Shown here one piece after another: positions 16,390-25,852 of a stretch of 25,999 bases of DNA (position 1 is the stretch's first letter; every line of letters starts with the position of its first letter). The position numbers and the translations under genes are program-made. The stretch lies in the IMG/VR virus record IMGVR_UViG_3300029775_000298. The stretch is one strand, 5' to 3'. The notes under the pieces are model-generated. The model saw nothing but the letters and a program-made list of their open reading frames with translations. It did not search any database and was not told where the DNA came from. This DNA comes from a virus (taxonomy: Duplodnaviria > Caudoviricetes).

Positions 16390-18383
16390 AAATAACTGCA
16401 AGGCTAGCATATAGCCAATTAAAGAACAACCGTTCACGAACAATAGGTGCAATTATAGCAATTGTATTATCAAGTGCATTAACTACAGCAGTATGTAGTT
16501 TTGTTGCCAGTGGAAATGTTATGCTTACAGGATTATTGGGAAAAGGCTATGGTGATTATGCCAAAAGTTATAAGGGAATGCTGTTGACTCCAGCGATAAT
16601 ATTAGGCTTACTTATTATGGTGATGTCAATAACAGTCATTTCAAATGTCTTTCGAGTAAGTGCAAGAGAGCGCATCACTCAATTTGGAGTATTGAAATGT
16701 ACAGGCGCGACAAAAAAGCAAATTATAGACTCTGTTATGTATGAAAGTGTTTTTTTAAGTGCAGTCGGTATACCAGTAGGAATTATATTAGGATTGCTCT
16801 TTGCATATGGAGGCATTCGCATTACAAATCATTATATAGGAAATTTGAATGATTTGGCTAGAATTATGATGACGAATATCAAGATATCGTTAGACTTTGT
16901 AATTACATGGGAAGCATTAGCAACGGCTGCATTCATTTCATTTGCGACTGTATTGTATTGTGCATGGCGCCCAGCAAATAAAACGGCAAAGATACCTGCA
17001 ATCGACTGTATCAAAGGTGCGGGGGAGATTAAAATAAATGAAAAACAGGTACGTACAAATCCACTGATTGAAAGGATATTTGGATTTGAAGGATTATTGG
17101 CTGATAAAAATATTAAGCGAAACCATAAGAATTTTCGTGCAACCGTAATTTCTCTATGCGTAGGAGTAATCTTATTTGTTGGTATTGGAGGTTTGTATAA
17201 ACAGGCAAAAGCGATAGAAGATTACATGGTGATTAATATGGACAGAAATGTTTTGGCTGAATATACTTCAAACTACACACGCGATACCAATAAAATGACG
17301 GGGAGAGAGGAAACAATCTATACACATCCTGTTGACAGTCAATTAGGAAACGAGATTACAAGAAAATTACAGAATTTTAAAGATACAAATGTGTACGGAG
17401 TAGGCATGGATTTGGATACTTATGTAACAGCAATATCTGATAATCTAATTACAGATGATATGCAAAAAGCACTGGAATTTCAGAATAAAGATTCCACTGC
17501 ATTAAAAGTAGAGCTTATTGTTATAGATCAGAAAAATTATGAAAAATTGTGTAAAAAAGCAGGGGTACCGATTGGCTCTTCTATTTTACTAAATCATTAC
17601 TGGTATAATCATTCTGGTGAAGGGGTAAATTTACAACCATTTTCATCAAAAATGAAGGAATTGCAGCTTCAAAAAGCGGATGGAAGTATAACAACTATAC
17701 AGATACAAGGAATATTGACACAAGACGAAATACCACAGGAACTTTTCGAAATGAGTCCGTGGCCTGTTAGGCTAGTCGTACCAGAAGCTGCTACAGTTCG
17801 TGGTTTTTCATGGATGTGTAAGACGAGTGACGTAGGTGGTTTCATGAAATATGCGAATGAGCTGCTAAAAAAGGAATTTCCGACAAAAGCAGATTCGTCA
17901 TATGCAGAGGAAGGATTTAATACGCGTGTCTATAAAACAGACGATTACATAAGGGTAATGAACATAGCCATTTCGCTGGCTACAGTACTGGTTTACAGTT
18001 TTGTTGCATTACTTATGCTAATCGGACTTACGAATATAATAAGTACATTAGCAACGAATGTTATGGTACGCTCAAGAGAGTTTGCTGTTTTAAAAAGTGT
18101 TGGCATGACGCCAGAAGGATTAAACCGCATGCTTAAGTTCGAAAGCATATTATGTTCTGCAAAAGCCTTAATAATAGGGTTGCCAATTGGAATTTTGATA
18201 ACAGGATTAATCAATATCCCAATTAAATCGATATATCCAGTGCCCTATAAGTTGCCTTGGTTGATCATTCTAGTATGTATATTAGTTGTATTTTTAATTA
18301 CATATGGAACTACGATGTATGCAAGTCACAGATTGAAAAATCAAAATATTATTGAAACAATAAGGTCAGAAAGTGGAAAGTAA
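16386..18383 (+). CDS. FtsX-family ABC permease (antimicrobial peptide export/resistance-like)
   Basis: Two FtsX motifs (ERITQFGVLKCTGAT; RSREFAVLKSVGMT); about 8 TM segments; single large extracellular loop; ATGA overlap. Confidence 0.92.
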   Translation: MKITARLAYSQLKNNRSRTIGAIIAIVLSSALTTAVCSFVASGNVMLTGLLGKGYGDYAKSYKGMLLTPAIILGLLIMVMSITVISNVFRVSARERITQFGVLKCTGATKKQIIDSVMYESVFLSAVGIPVGIILGLLFAYGGIRITNHYIGNLNDLARIMMTNIKISLDFVITWEALATAAFISFATVLYCAWRPANKTAKIPAIDCIKGAGEIKINEKQVRTNPLIERIFGFEGLLADKNIKRNHKNFRATVISLCVGVILFVGIGGLYKQAKAIEDYMVINMDRNVLAEYTSNYTRDTNKMTGREETIYTHPVDSQLGNEITRKLQNFKDTNVYGVGMDLDTYVTAISDNLITDDMQKALEFQNKDSTALKVELIVIDQKNYEKLCKKAGVPIGSSILLNHYWYNHSGEGVNLQPFSSKMKELQLQKADGSITTIQIQGILTQDEIPQELFEMSPWPVRLVVPEAATVRGFSWMCKTSDVGGFMKYANELLKKEFPTKADSSYAEEGFNTRVYKTDDYIRVMNIAISLATVLVYSFVALLMLIGLTNIISTLATNVMVRSREFAVLKSVGMTPEGLNRMLKFESILCSAKALIIGLPIGILITGLINIPIKSIYPVPYKLPWLIILVCILVVFLITYGTTMYASHRLKNQNIIETIRSESGK

Positions 18384-18458
18384 GTTGTAATAAATAAAAT
18401 GACGAATTGATTGCAAATAATACTACAGTTCATTTTAGGGGGATGAGGAGGGAGTGTC

Positions 18459-20327
18459 TTGGCAGGTAATCGTTCTTTTAAAGATTATGTGGCTGATAGA
18501 TTCTATAATGAGATATTTGCTACCATACAAAGTTACATCTCAGATAACTATGATGACTTAGACTTACGGTTGTACAGAGTTCGAAATATTGGCGGCATAG
18601 AATTATCAGATATAGAAGTAAAGTTTGTGTCAGTTAATGATTTACCGGACATGAAAATAGAATTTGATGTTGCTGTGGAAGCTGAATTTGAAGTCCGAGA
18701 GTCAGATTATCACTATGATGAATCAGAAAATTGCCGGCAATGGTTTATGCTGGAATGCTCAGGAGATTTAGATTGTAATTTGGATGATTTTGTAATCTCC
18801 AGTATAACTGAGTATACTAGCAAAAATAAGCAGCCAAAACCTATGTCGGACTCCCTTGTCCCTATCATTCATAAGGAACAACTAGAATCTGTTGCTACAG
18901 ACTTCCTTAGAAGACATTACCATGAAGCATTAAAAACCTCGATGGCAGTCGAGCCACAGGTGTTGGCAGAAAAAATAGGCCTTACAGTAGAAATGCGAGA
19001 GATTACAAAGGATTTCTCTGTTTTTGGGCAGATATACTTTCACGACTGTGATGCAGAATTTTATGATGAAGATAGCGATGAAATGGTACAAACTCGTGTG
19101 AATGCTCGTACAATAATCGTGGACCCTAAAGCTTATTTCCTTCGTAATCTGGGGTCAGTCAATAATACTATTGTGCATGAGTGTGTTCATTGGGATCAAC
19201 ATAGAAAAGCATTTGAATTGGAACGGCTATATAATAGCAGTGCCACACGAATCAAGTGCCAGGTAGTCGGGGGTATAAAAGACAATAGCAGAGATGCAAC
19301 TGACTGGATGGAATGGCAGGCGAATGCCCTCGCTCCTAAGATACAAATGCCACTTGCCATGTTTAAAACCCAAGCGTTTAAATTTATTAAGCAATTCCGT
19401 TCAGAACTGGGAACATCTGAACTTATAGATGTAATGGAGCCAGTTATTGACGCCTTGGCAACGTTCTTCAGCGTATCTCGGACAGCAGCTAAAATCAGAA
19501 TGATTGATGCTGGATATGAGGAAGCAATCGGAACCTTTACTTACATAGATGGTCGTTACGTCAAGCCTCATAGATTTAAGAAGGGTGCGCTTGAAAGAAA
19601 TCAGACCTTTTCTATAGGTGCAGAGGATGCTGCCATCCAAAGCATAACCAATACGGAAATGGCCGCTTTAGTTAGGGACGGAAGCTATATATATGTAGAT
19701 TCTCACTTTGTGCTAAATCATCCAAAATTTATAACACAGGATATATTTGGACAGACTGTACTTACCGACTATGCACGAACCCATATGGAAGAGTGCTGCT
19801 TGGCTTTCGAGTTATCAGTTAAATCTGGATGTAAGGAAAGATATTATACTGAATGTTTTCTCAATCGTGATAAGACATCGAATATTGATTTTGATATAAA
19901 ATATTGTAATGGTTTTGAGTACGCTGCTCCAGAAAAGAAGGCTCAAATACTTGCTGATACAATAGCTGAAGAAATGCGAGTCTATAATGAATTACCAAAT
20001 AGCTATACCAGCTCTCTTAAAATGGTGCGTAAGTGGAGAAAAGTAACTTATAACGAATTAGCAGATGAAATGATGGTCAATGAGCGCACCATAAGAAGAA
20101 TCGTTAATGGGGAAGAACAGGGATCTATTAATTCCATAGTTTTAATTTGCCTTGGACTTCATCTGCCACCTAAAATTAGCAGCCATATAATTAGCAATTC
20201 CCCATTTTCATTGAACTTCAATAACAATAGTCATATTTGGTATGATTTTGCATTGACCCACCTATATCCAAAATCGATGGATGAGATTAGAGCGTTTTTA
20301 CAGGAACGTGGCGCAGAGCCATTATAA
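18459..20327 (+). CDS. ImmA/IrrE-family metallopeptidase fused to a C-terminal XRE HTH
   Basis: TIVHECVH and EWQANALA zincin motifs; FSVSRTAAKIR; VTYNELADEMMVNERTIRRIVNGE HTH; RBS GGAGG with TTG start. Confidence 0.85.
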   Translation: MAGNRSFKDYVADRFYNEIFATIQSYISDNYDDLDLRLYRVRNIGGIELSDIEVKFVSVNDLPDMKIEFDVAVEAEFEVRESDYHYDESENCRQWFMLECSGDLDCNLDDFVISSITEYTSKNKQPKPMSDSLVPIIHKEQLESVATDFLRRHYHEALKTSMAVEPQVLAEKIGLTVEMREITKDFSVFGQIYFHDCDAEFYDEDSDEMVQTRVNARTIIVDPKAYFLRNLGSVNNTIVHECVHWDQHRKAFELERLYNSSATRIKCQVVGGIKDNSRDATDWMEWQANALAPKIQMPLAMFKTQAFKFIKQFRSELGTSELIDVMEPVIDALATFFSVSRTAAKIRMIDAGYEEAIGTFTYIDGRYVKPHRFKKGALERNQTFSIGAEDAAIQSITNTEMAALVRDGSYIYVDSHFVLNHPKFITQDIFGQTVLTDYARTHMEECCLAFELSVKSGCKERYYTECFLNRDKTSNIDFDIKYCNGFEYAAPEKKAQILADTIAEEMRVYNELPNSYTSSLKMVRKWRKVTYNELADEMMVNERTIRRIVNGEEQGSINSIVLICLGLHLPPKISSHIISNSPFSLNFNNNSHIWYDFALTHLYPKSMDEIRAFLQERGAEPL

Positions 20328-20351
20328 AATTTCAAAATATTTACGAAAAAG

Positions 20352-20509
20352 CGGACACAGGATGTCCGTTTTTTTTAGTTGTAAAATATGTCAGCCATAC
20401 ATGAACCCTTTTAAGGGTTTGTGTATGGCTTTTTTTATTGTTGTTTTTAGGTTTTTTTGTGGGGAAAAGCGTCATTTTGAGCCTGAAATTAACGGGCATG
20501 AGGTGTCCG
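20352..20509. promoter_or_regulatory. Two 17-bp palindromes CGGRCA-N5-TGTCCG
   Basis: cggacacaggatgtccg at 20352-20368; cgggcatgaggtgtccg at 20493-20509. Confidence 0.55.
20393..20436 (+). terminator. Intrinsic terminator
   Basis: agccatacatgaaccctt / aagggtttgtgtatggct followed by tttttt. Confidence 0.75.
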
Positions 20510-20613
20510 CCAAGGCTGTCCAATTCTCACTTACAATAATGATAGACGAAGGAAAGGTTCTTCGTAGTTAGCAAGAATTAGACCATTCCTCGTCTACAAG
20601 AAAATATCAAATG

Positions 20614-20790
20614 CCTGATTTGCAATAAGGGCAAAGGATACATATTGTTACGTTTCAGTCCGTTAAGGATTGTTATACGTTGCAATAGAAGTACCTTACC
20701 TTGTTGCGCTCATTTTCAGGACAAAGGGTCTGTGTACTTCAAGGCACAGACCTATTTTTGTATCCTTTGCCACCAATGCAATCCGGTGGA
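20614..20790 (+). promoter_or_regulatory. Structured leader/attenuator upstream of the sigma-r4 gene
   Basis: Long hairpin 20614-20720; terminator 20727-20759; alternative perfect 13-bp pairing 20630-20642/20759-20771. Confidence 0.6.
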
Positions 20791-20802
20791 AAGGAATACT
20801 TA

Positions 20803-21351
20803 ATGAAGATTCGAGTTTTATATGAAGAAAACATCAAAAACGGCCACAAGTTCTACACCACAATTGAAATCCCGGATGGTGATTACAACATCATGCTGGA
20901 TATCGACTATGAACAGCGTCTTGCAGATGCAAAGCCGGAAAAGAAGGCTGAAGTAAAGCGTTGTGAGACTGTACAGCAAATGTTCGACCTTATGAACAGT
21001 AAGGAATACAACAACTGGCGCAGATCTCATAGGAATCTTGGAATACCGAAGACCCCTTATCGCAAGGATGATGAAGCTGAGGATGAAACGGATGTAATGG
21101 ATACTATTGCAGATGATTCACAGGAATCTGAGCGTAATCTCCTCTATGAGTACGAGGATGTCTGCCAATGGATACATAAGTATCTCGGCAAAAAGCAAGA
21201 TTGGGCAGAGATGTTTATTGCAGTACGCATCAATGGCATGCCAATCCGTGATTATGCCCGCTTTATCGGTGCTGACGAGAACAACATCACCCAGAAGCTA
21301 AAACGTGCAGAGAAAAAAATTAAAGAATTTTTTGAAAACCATCAGATTTGA
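20803..21351 (+). CDS. Sigma-70 region 4-type DNA-binding protein
   Basis: RBS AAAGGA before ATG 20803; C-terminal GMPIRDYARFIGADENNITQKLKRAEKKIK HTH. Confidence 0.75.
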   Translation: MKIRVLYEENIKNGHKFYTTIEIPDGDYNIMLDIDYEQRLADAKPEKKAEVKRCETVQQMFDLMNSKEYNNWRRSHRNLGIPKTPYRKDDEAEDETDVMDTIADDSQESERNLLYEYEDVCQWIHKYLGKKQDWAEMFIAVRINGMPIRDYARFIGADENNITQKLKRAEKKIKEFFENHQI

Positions 21352-21416
21352 CCTTCTCTCAAGGCTACCAGTTAGGAGGTCAAGGCCTCCAAAAAAATTA
21401 TAAGGAGGTAATTCTG

Positions 21417-22085
21417 ATGAGAGAATTAATACCTAAGGACAAATACGGTGTGTTTGCCGACACCAACGATACGGCAAGAGTAGATAGTTTGTTTGGGGCA
21501 GAGTTTTTTGAAAAACAGCATTTCCATGTACTGCGTGATATTGCAAAAATAACTGACACCAAATCTGGATTGAGTGAAGAATTTACTAAATCCAATTTTG
21601 AGCTAACCCATTACAAGGATAGTACTGGCAGAAAATTACCTTGTTATGCCATGACTCGTGATGGCTTCACCATGTTGGTTATGGGGTACACAGGGCAGAA
21701 AGCAATGAAATTCAAAGAATTATACATCAAACGCTTTAATGAAATGGAGCAATTTATAAAAACATTAGTTTCTGCTCGTAAGGAGTTTCCGTTACTGACA
21801 GATAACATTAAGTTGCTTCACGAGAATCCCAAGCCATATCACTTCAGCAATGAGTGCGACATGATTAACCGCATTGTTACCGGGATGTCAGCAAAGCAAT
21901 TTAGAATAGCCAACGGTATCGAAAAAGGTAAAAGTATCCGTCCCTACCTATCCGATGAACAGATTACGATGCATGAAACCTTGCAGAAAGTAGATGTTGG
22001 TTTGCTAGTAGCTGTTCCGGAGTATGAACAGCGTAAGCGTCATCTGGAATGGTACAAGTTGAAGCTGGAAGAAAACGCAAATTAA
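21417..22085 (+). CDS. Rha-family phage regulatory protein
   Basis: RBS AAGGAGG; DSL..AEFFEKQHFHVLRDI, YKDSTGRKLPCYAMTRDGFTMLVMGYTG.KA..FK..YI..FNEME. Confidence 0.92.
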   Translation: MRELIPKDKYGVFADTNDTARVDSLFGAEFFEKQHFHVLRDIAKITDTKSGLSEEFTKSNFELTHYKDSTGRKLPCYAMTRDGFTMLVMGYTGQKAMKFKELYIKRFNEMEQFIKTLVSARKEFPLLTDNIKLLHENPKPYHFSNECDMINRIVTGMSAKQFRIANGIEKGKSIRPYLSDEQITMHETLQKVDVGLLVAVPEYEQRKRHLEWYKLKLEENAN

Positions 22086-22099
22086 GGAGGACAATCATT

Positions 22100-22321
22100 A
22101 TGTTTTATGTGAAAGAAAGATTGAACGATACCATGGAGGTATCCATTGAAATAACAGATGAGAATGTATTTTGTCATTGCCCTATGTGTGGCAATGAGGT
22201 GTCAGTAGACATTGCAGAAATTTTAAGTGACGGAGAGAGTGATCTATTTGGTACTGCAGTATTTTGTGATGATTGTGGCAAGAAGGTTAGAACTGGAGGC
22301 AAACATTATGAGCATAAATAA
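22100..22321 (+). CDS. Small zinc-finger phage protein
   Basis: RBS AAGGAGG; CPMCG...CDDC. Confidence 0.75.
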   Translation: MFYVKERLNDTMEVSIEITDENVFCHCPMCGNEVSVDIAEILSDGESDLFGTAVFCDDCGKKVRTGGKHYEHK

Positions 22322-22742
22322 ATTCAATCCAGAGGGATATCATGATCCAACTCCCCATGAAGCACTTACCAATGTAACCCGTGAGGAAAAGGCAGCAGTA
22401 AAAGCTGCCTTTAAGCCCCTTGTCTATATCTGCTCTCCCTTTAGTGGAGATATAGAAAACAATAATAAGCGAACACGAGCATTTTGCCGTTTTGCTTTAG
22501 ACAAGGGAAATATCCCTCTTGCTCCCCACCTTATGTTTCCGCAGTTCATGGATGACAGCAATGAGAAAGAGCGGGACCTCGCTATTTTCATGGATATCAT
22601 CCTTATGGGAAAATGCCAGGAGGTATGGGTGCTCGGTGATGTTATTTCAAGAGGTATGAGTGTTGAAATTGAAAAGGCAAAGAAACGCAGACAGTCGGTC
22701 AGATATTTCAATAAAGATTTTGAGGAGGTAGAGTCTCTATGA
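22308..22742 (+). CDS. DUF4406 / nucleoside deoxyribosyltransferase-like phage protein
   Basis: VYICSPFSGD..PLAPHL..KCQEVWVLGD.IS.GM..EI..A. Confidence 0.78.
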   Translation: MSINKFNPEGYHDPTPHEALTNVTREEKAAVKAAFKPLVYICSPFSGDIENNNKRTRAFCRFALDKGNIPLAPHLMFPQFMDDSNEKERDLAIFMDIILMGKCQEVWVLGDVISRGMSVEIEKAKKRRQSVRYFNKDFEEVESL

Positions 22743-23347
22743 GTGGAATGAAAGCTATACAGACCCAATATAAAGGTTACCTCTTCCGCTCAAGACTTGA
22801 GGCTCGTTGGGCGGTATTCTTTGATGCCTGTGGTATTGATTTTGAGTATGAACCCGAAGGTTATGACCTTGGAAACGGTTTAATGTATCTTCCGGATTTT
22901 CTTCTTCATGGTGTAGACGGCAGAGGCGGCGGAGATCTTTATGTTGAGGTTAAGGGTCAGATGACCGATGCCGATGCAAAGAAAATCAACCGTTTCTACG
23001 AGTTAGGAAAAGAAGATTCTGATGCTTACGGAAAGTCCAAGACCGCAATCCTTGTGGTTGGCAATATTCCAAGTGGTTCAGATATTGACGATATCCTTTG
23101 GTGCATTGAAGGCGAAGCTTATGCAAACAACGGAGATTGGCCGAATAGCTACAATTTTGAAACCATTGACGGTGACTACTTTGCTGCGTATCCGGGAATC
23201 AACAAGAACGGTAAGCTTGAACTCTTTGGTGATGACTCCAACTATCTTCGCGATATGGATGATGCGGCAACAGAGAAAGCTTACCGTATTGCCAGGCAGG
23301 CAAGGTTTGAACATGGGGAAAGACCACGTTTGAAAGGAGGATTCTAA
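22739..23347 (+). CDS. PD-(D/E)XK nuclease-like protein
   Basis: FRSRLEARWA..YEPEGY..YLPDF..VEVKG. Confidence 0.72.
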   Translation: MSGMKAIQTQYKGYLFRSRLEARWAVFFDACGIDFEYEPEGYDLGNGLMYLPDFLLHGVDGRGGGDLYVEVKGQMTDADAKKINRFYELGKEDSDAYGKSKTAILVVGNIPSGSDIDDILWCIEGEAYANNGDWPNSYNFETIDGDYFAAYPGINKNGKLELFGDDSNYLRDMDDAATEKAYRIARQARFEHGERPRLKGGF

Positions 23348-25696
23348 TTGCGTAATTTAGCTATTGCCTATGGGAACAATCGGCAGGCAAAGAAATGGGT
23401 CAATAAGACCACCTCTTTTGATGAGCTCAAAGAAAGGTTGAAAGTTACTATCCGAACAACGGAATCCGCTGAAGAGTATGCCAAGTTTAGCAAGGCTCAG
23501 AGAGATAACGTAAAAGACCACGGAGGTTTCGTTGCAGGTGCATTAAAAGGCGGCCGTAGAAAAATTGACACTGTGGAACTACGTTCTATGGTTGCCCTGG
23601 ATGGAGATAGGATAGATAAAGCTTTCCTTGAAAACTATGAAACCAGTACACCTTATACCTCTGTTCTTTATACAACGCATAGCAGTACTGATGAAAATCC
23701 AAGAGTCCGTCTTATCTTTCCTCTTACAAGGGATGTGACTCCGGAAGAGTTTGTGGCAGTTTCAAGATACCTTGCACAGATGCTTGGCATTGATTATTTC
23801 GATGAATGTTCCTATCAGCCGAATCAGCTGATGTACTGGCCGTCCACTCCGTCAAACGGGAGTTTTGTATATAAGGAAGTAGATAAAAAGTGGCTCGACC
23901 CGGATGAAATATTAAATGCTCATCCTGAATGGACAGACCCTACGAGGCTGCCGACTTCATCCAGGGAGAGCAAGGCAAATACAGTAGCAAATCAGAAGGT
24001 GCAAGACCCTCTTGAGAAGGACGGCATTGTCGGACTTTTTAACAGGGTTTATTTCCCTATATCAAAAGCAATCCAAGTGTTTCTGTCTGATGTATATGAG
24101 CCGACAGAAAACGAGAACAGGTATCACCTTATTGAATCAAGCAGTATTGCAGGTGTTGAAATCAAAGAAGATGGCAAGTTTGTATACAGCCATCATGCCA
24201 AGGATCCGGCATACCTTAAACTCTGCAATGCGTTTGACATCGTGCGTATCCATAAGTTCGGTGACGATGATGTTAAGAAGTCCTTTAAGGATATGTGTAA
24301 GTTTGCCATGCAGGTTGATGAAGTAAAAGTTCTTGCTGCAAACGAGCGTCTTGCGTTAGCTGAGGTAGATTTTTCTGCAGACGGTGATGACTGGAAGACG
24401 AGACTTAAATATCAACCCAAGACAAGCTTACTTGAAAACAGCGTGTACAACTTAAACCTTATCCTAAATAATGACCCCGATTTTAGGAATTTTGCATATA
24501 ACGAAATGGCAAACCGTATCCAGGTCGCAGGCCCACTTCCCTGGGAAAGACCGGAGGGTAACAAGTTCTGGCGAGATGCCGATACAGCGCAGCTTAAGTC
24601 CATTATTGATATACGCTACCTTCCTTTTTCAAGCCGCAACCATGATGTGGCATTTACCAAGATTGCAGACGATAGACGTTTCCATCCTATACGGGATTAC
24701 CTTGATTCCCTTCCTGCATGGGATGGAACAAAACGTGTAGAGGGTGTTTTTATCAAATATCTAAAGGCTGATGATACAGAATATATACGTACAGTAACCA
24801 GAAAGACCTTTGCAGCGGCTGTTGCACGCATTTATGTTCCCGGCATCAAGTTTGACTGCGTTCCCGTGCTTGATGGAGATCAAGGCATAGGTAAAAGCAC
24901 AATTGTGAAAGACCTTGTAACCGCAGATTATTACTCTGAAACTCTATCACTTACCGATATGGATGATAAGTCTGGTGCTGAAAAACTGCAGGGATTCTGG
25001 GTGGTTGAAATCGGAGAGCTTGCCGGAATGAGAAAAGCCGATATTGAAAAGGTTAAAGCATTCCTCTCAACCTCGGATGATAAATACCGACCATCCTATG
25101 GAAAAGTAGTCGAAAGCCATCCAAGGCAGTGTATCATCATTGCAACGGTTAACGGTGAGCGCGGATATCTGCGTGATATTACGGGTAACCGTCGTTTTTG
25201 GATTATTAAGGTGCATCAGAAAAAACAGAAAAAGACATGGAATTTTACCGAGGAATATAGGCGGCAGTTCTGGGCGGAGGCTAAAGAAATATGGAAGTCC
25301 GGCGAAAAGCTATATCTTGAAGGTGACATTATGGAGGAGGCTGAAAAAGCACAGAAGGGTGCTATGGAGTCAGATGAGCGTGTCGGTATGGTGGAAGAGT
25401 ATCTTAATACATCTTTACCTACGGATTGGGACGAAATGGATTTATTTGCCCGCCGTAATTTTCTTAACGGTAGTGAATTTGGTGGCGGTGAGCATATAGG
25501 CAGTGTCATTCGTACTGATGTCAGCAATACCGAAATCTGGTGCGAGTGTTTTGGAAAGAGCCTGCAGGAGCTAAAGCCTTCTGACAGCTACAGCATTGCG
25601 GCTATGATGTCGCAGATTCCAGGCTGGGAGCGAACCACCATTATCAGGCGTTTGCCGATTTACGGCAGGCAGCGGCTCTATCACTACGGAGGTTAG
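23348..25696 (+). CDS. Virulence-associated E (VirE/VapE) family primase-helicase
   Basis: N-terminal primase-like ALDGD and YTTHS..PRVRLIFPL; Walker A GDQGIGKST; LRDITGNRRFW. Confidence 0.9.
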   Translation: MRNLAIAYGNNRQAKKWVNKTTSFDELKERLKVTIRTTESAEEYAKFSKAQRDNVKDHGGFVAGALKGGRRKIDTVELRSMVALDGDRIDKAFLENYETSTPYTSVLYTTHSSTDENPRVRLIFPLTRDVTPEEFVAVSRYLAQMLGIDYFDECSYQPNQLMYWPSTPSNGSFVYKEVDKKWLDPDEILNAHPEWTDPTRLPTSSRESKANTVANQKVQDPLEKDGIVGLFNRVYFPISKAIQVFLSDVYEPTENENRYHLIESSSIAGVEIKEDGKFVYSHHAKDPAYLKLCNAFDIVRIHKFGDDDVKKSFKDMCKFAMQVDEVKVLAANERLALAEVDFSADGDDWKTRLKYQPKTSLLENSVYNLNLILNNDPDFRNFAYNEMANRIQVAGPLPWERPEGNKFWRDADTAQLKSIIDIRYLPFSSRNHDVAFTKIADDRRFHPIRDYLDSLPAWDGTKRVEGVFIKYLKADDTEYIRTVTRKTFAAAVARIYVPGIKFDCVPVLDGDQGIGKSTIVKDLVTADYYSETLSLTDMDDKSGAEKLQGFWVVEIGELAGMRKADIEKVKAFLSTSDDKYRPSYGKVVESHPRQCIIIATVNGERGYLRDITGNRRFWIIKVHQKKQKKTWNFTEEYRRQFWAEAKEIWKSGEKLYLEGDIMEEAEKAQKGAMESDERVGMVEEYLNTSLPTDWDEMDLFARRNFLNGSEFGGGEHIGSVIRTDVSNTEIWCECFGKSLQELKPSDSYSIAAMMSQIPGWERTTIIRRLPIYGRQRLYHYGG

Positions 25697-25852
25697 TCAA
25701 CACAAGAATGCGACACAGCACAACTTTTTCCCTTATATTCAAAATGCTTTTTATAAATAAGGGATAGTTAAATCCTGTGAGCGCACACCCGCGTAAGTAA
25801 ATATAAGTGAATGGTTGTGCTTTTGTGTTCCTTGTGTCAGATGGAGGTAAAA

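Noticed and set aside
601-25527. Numerous minus-strand and alternate-frame ORFs in the track
   Set aside because: Shadows of well-supported + strand genes, with no recognisable motifs
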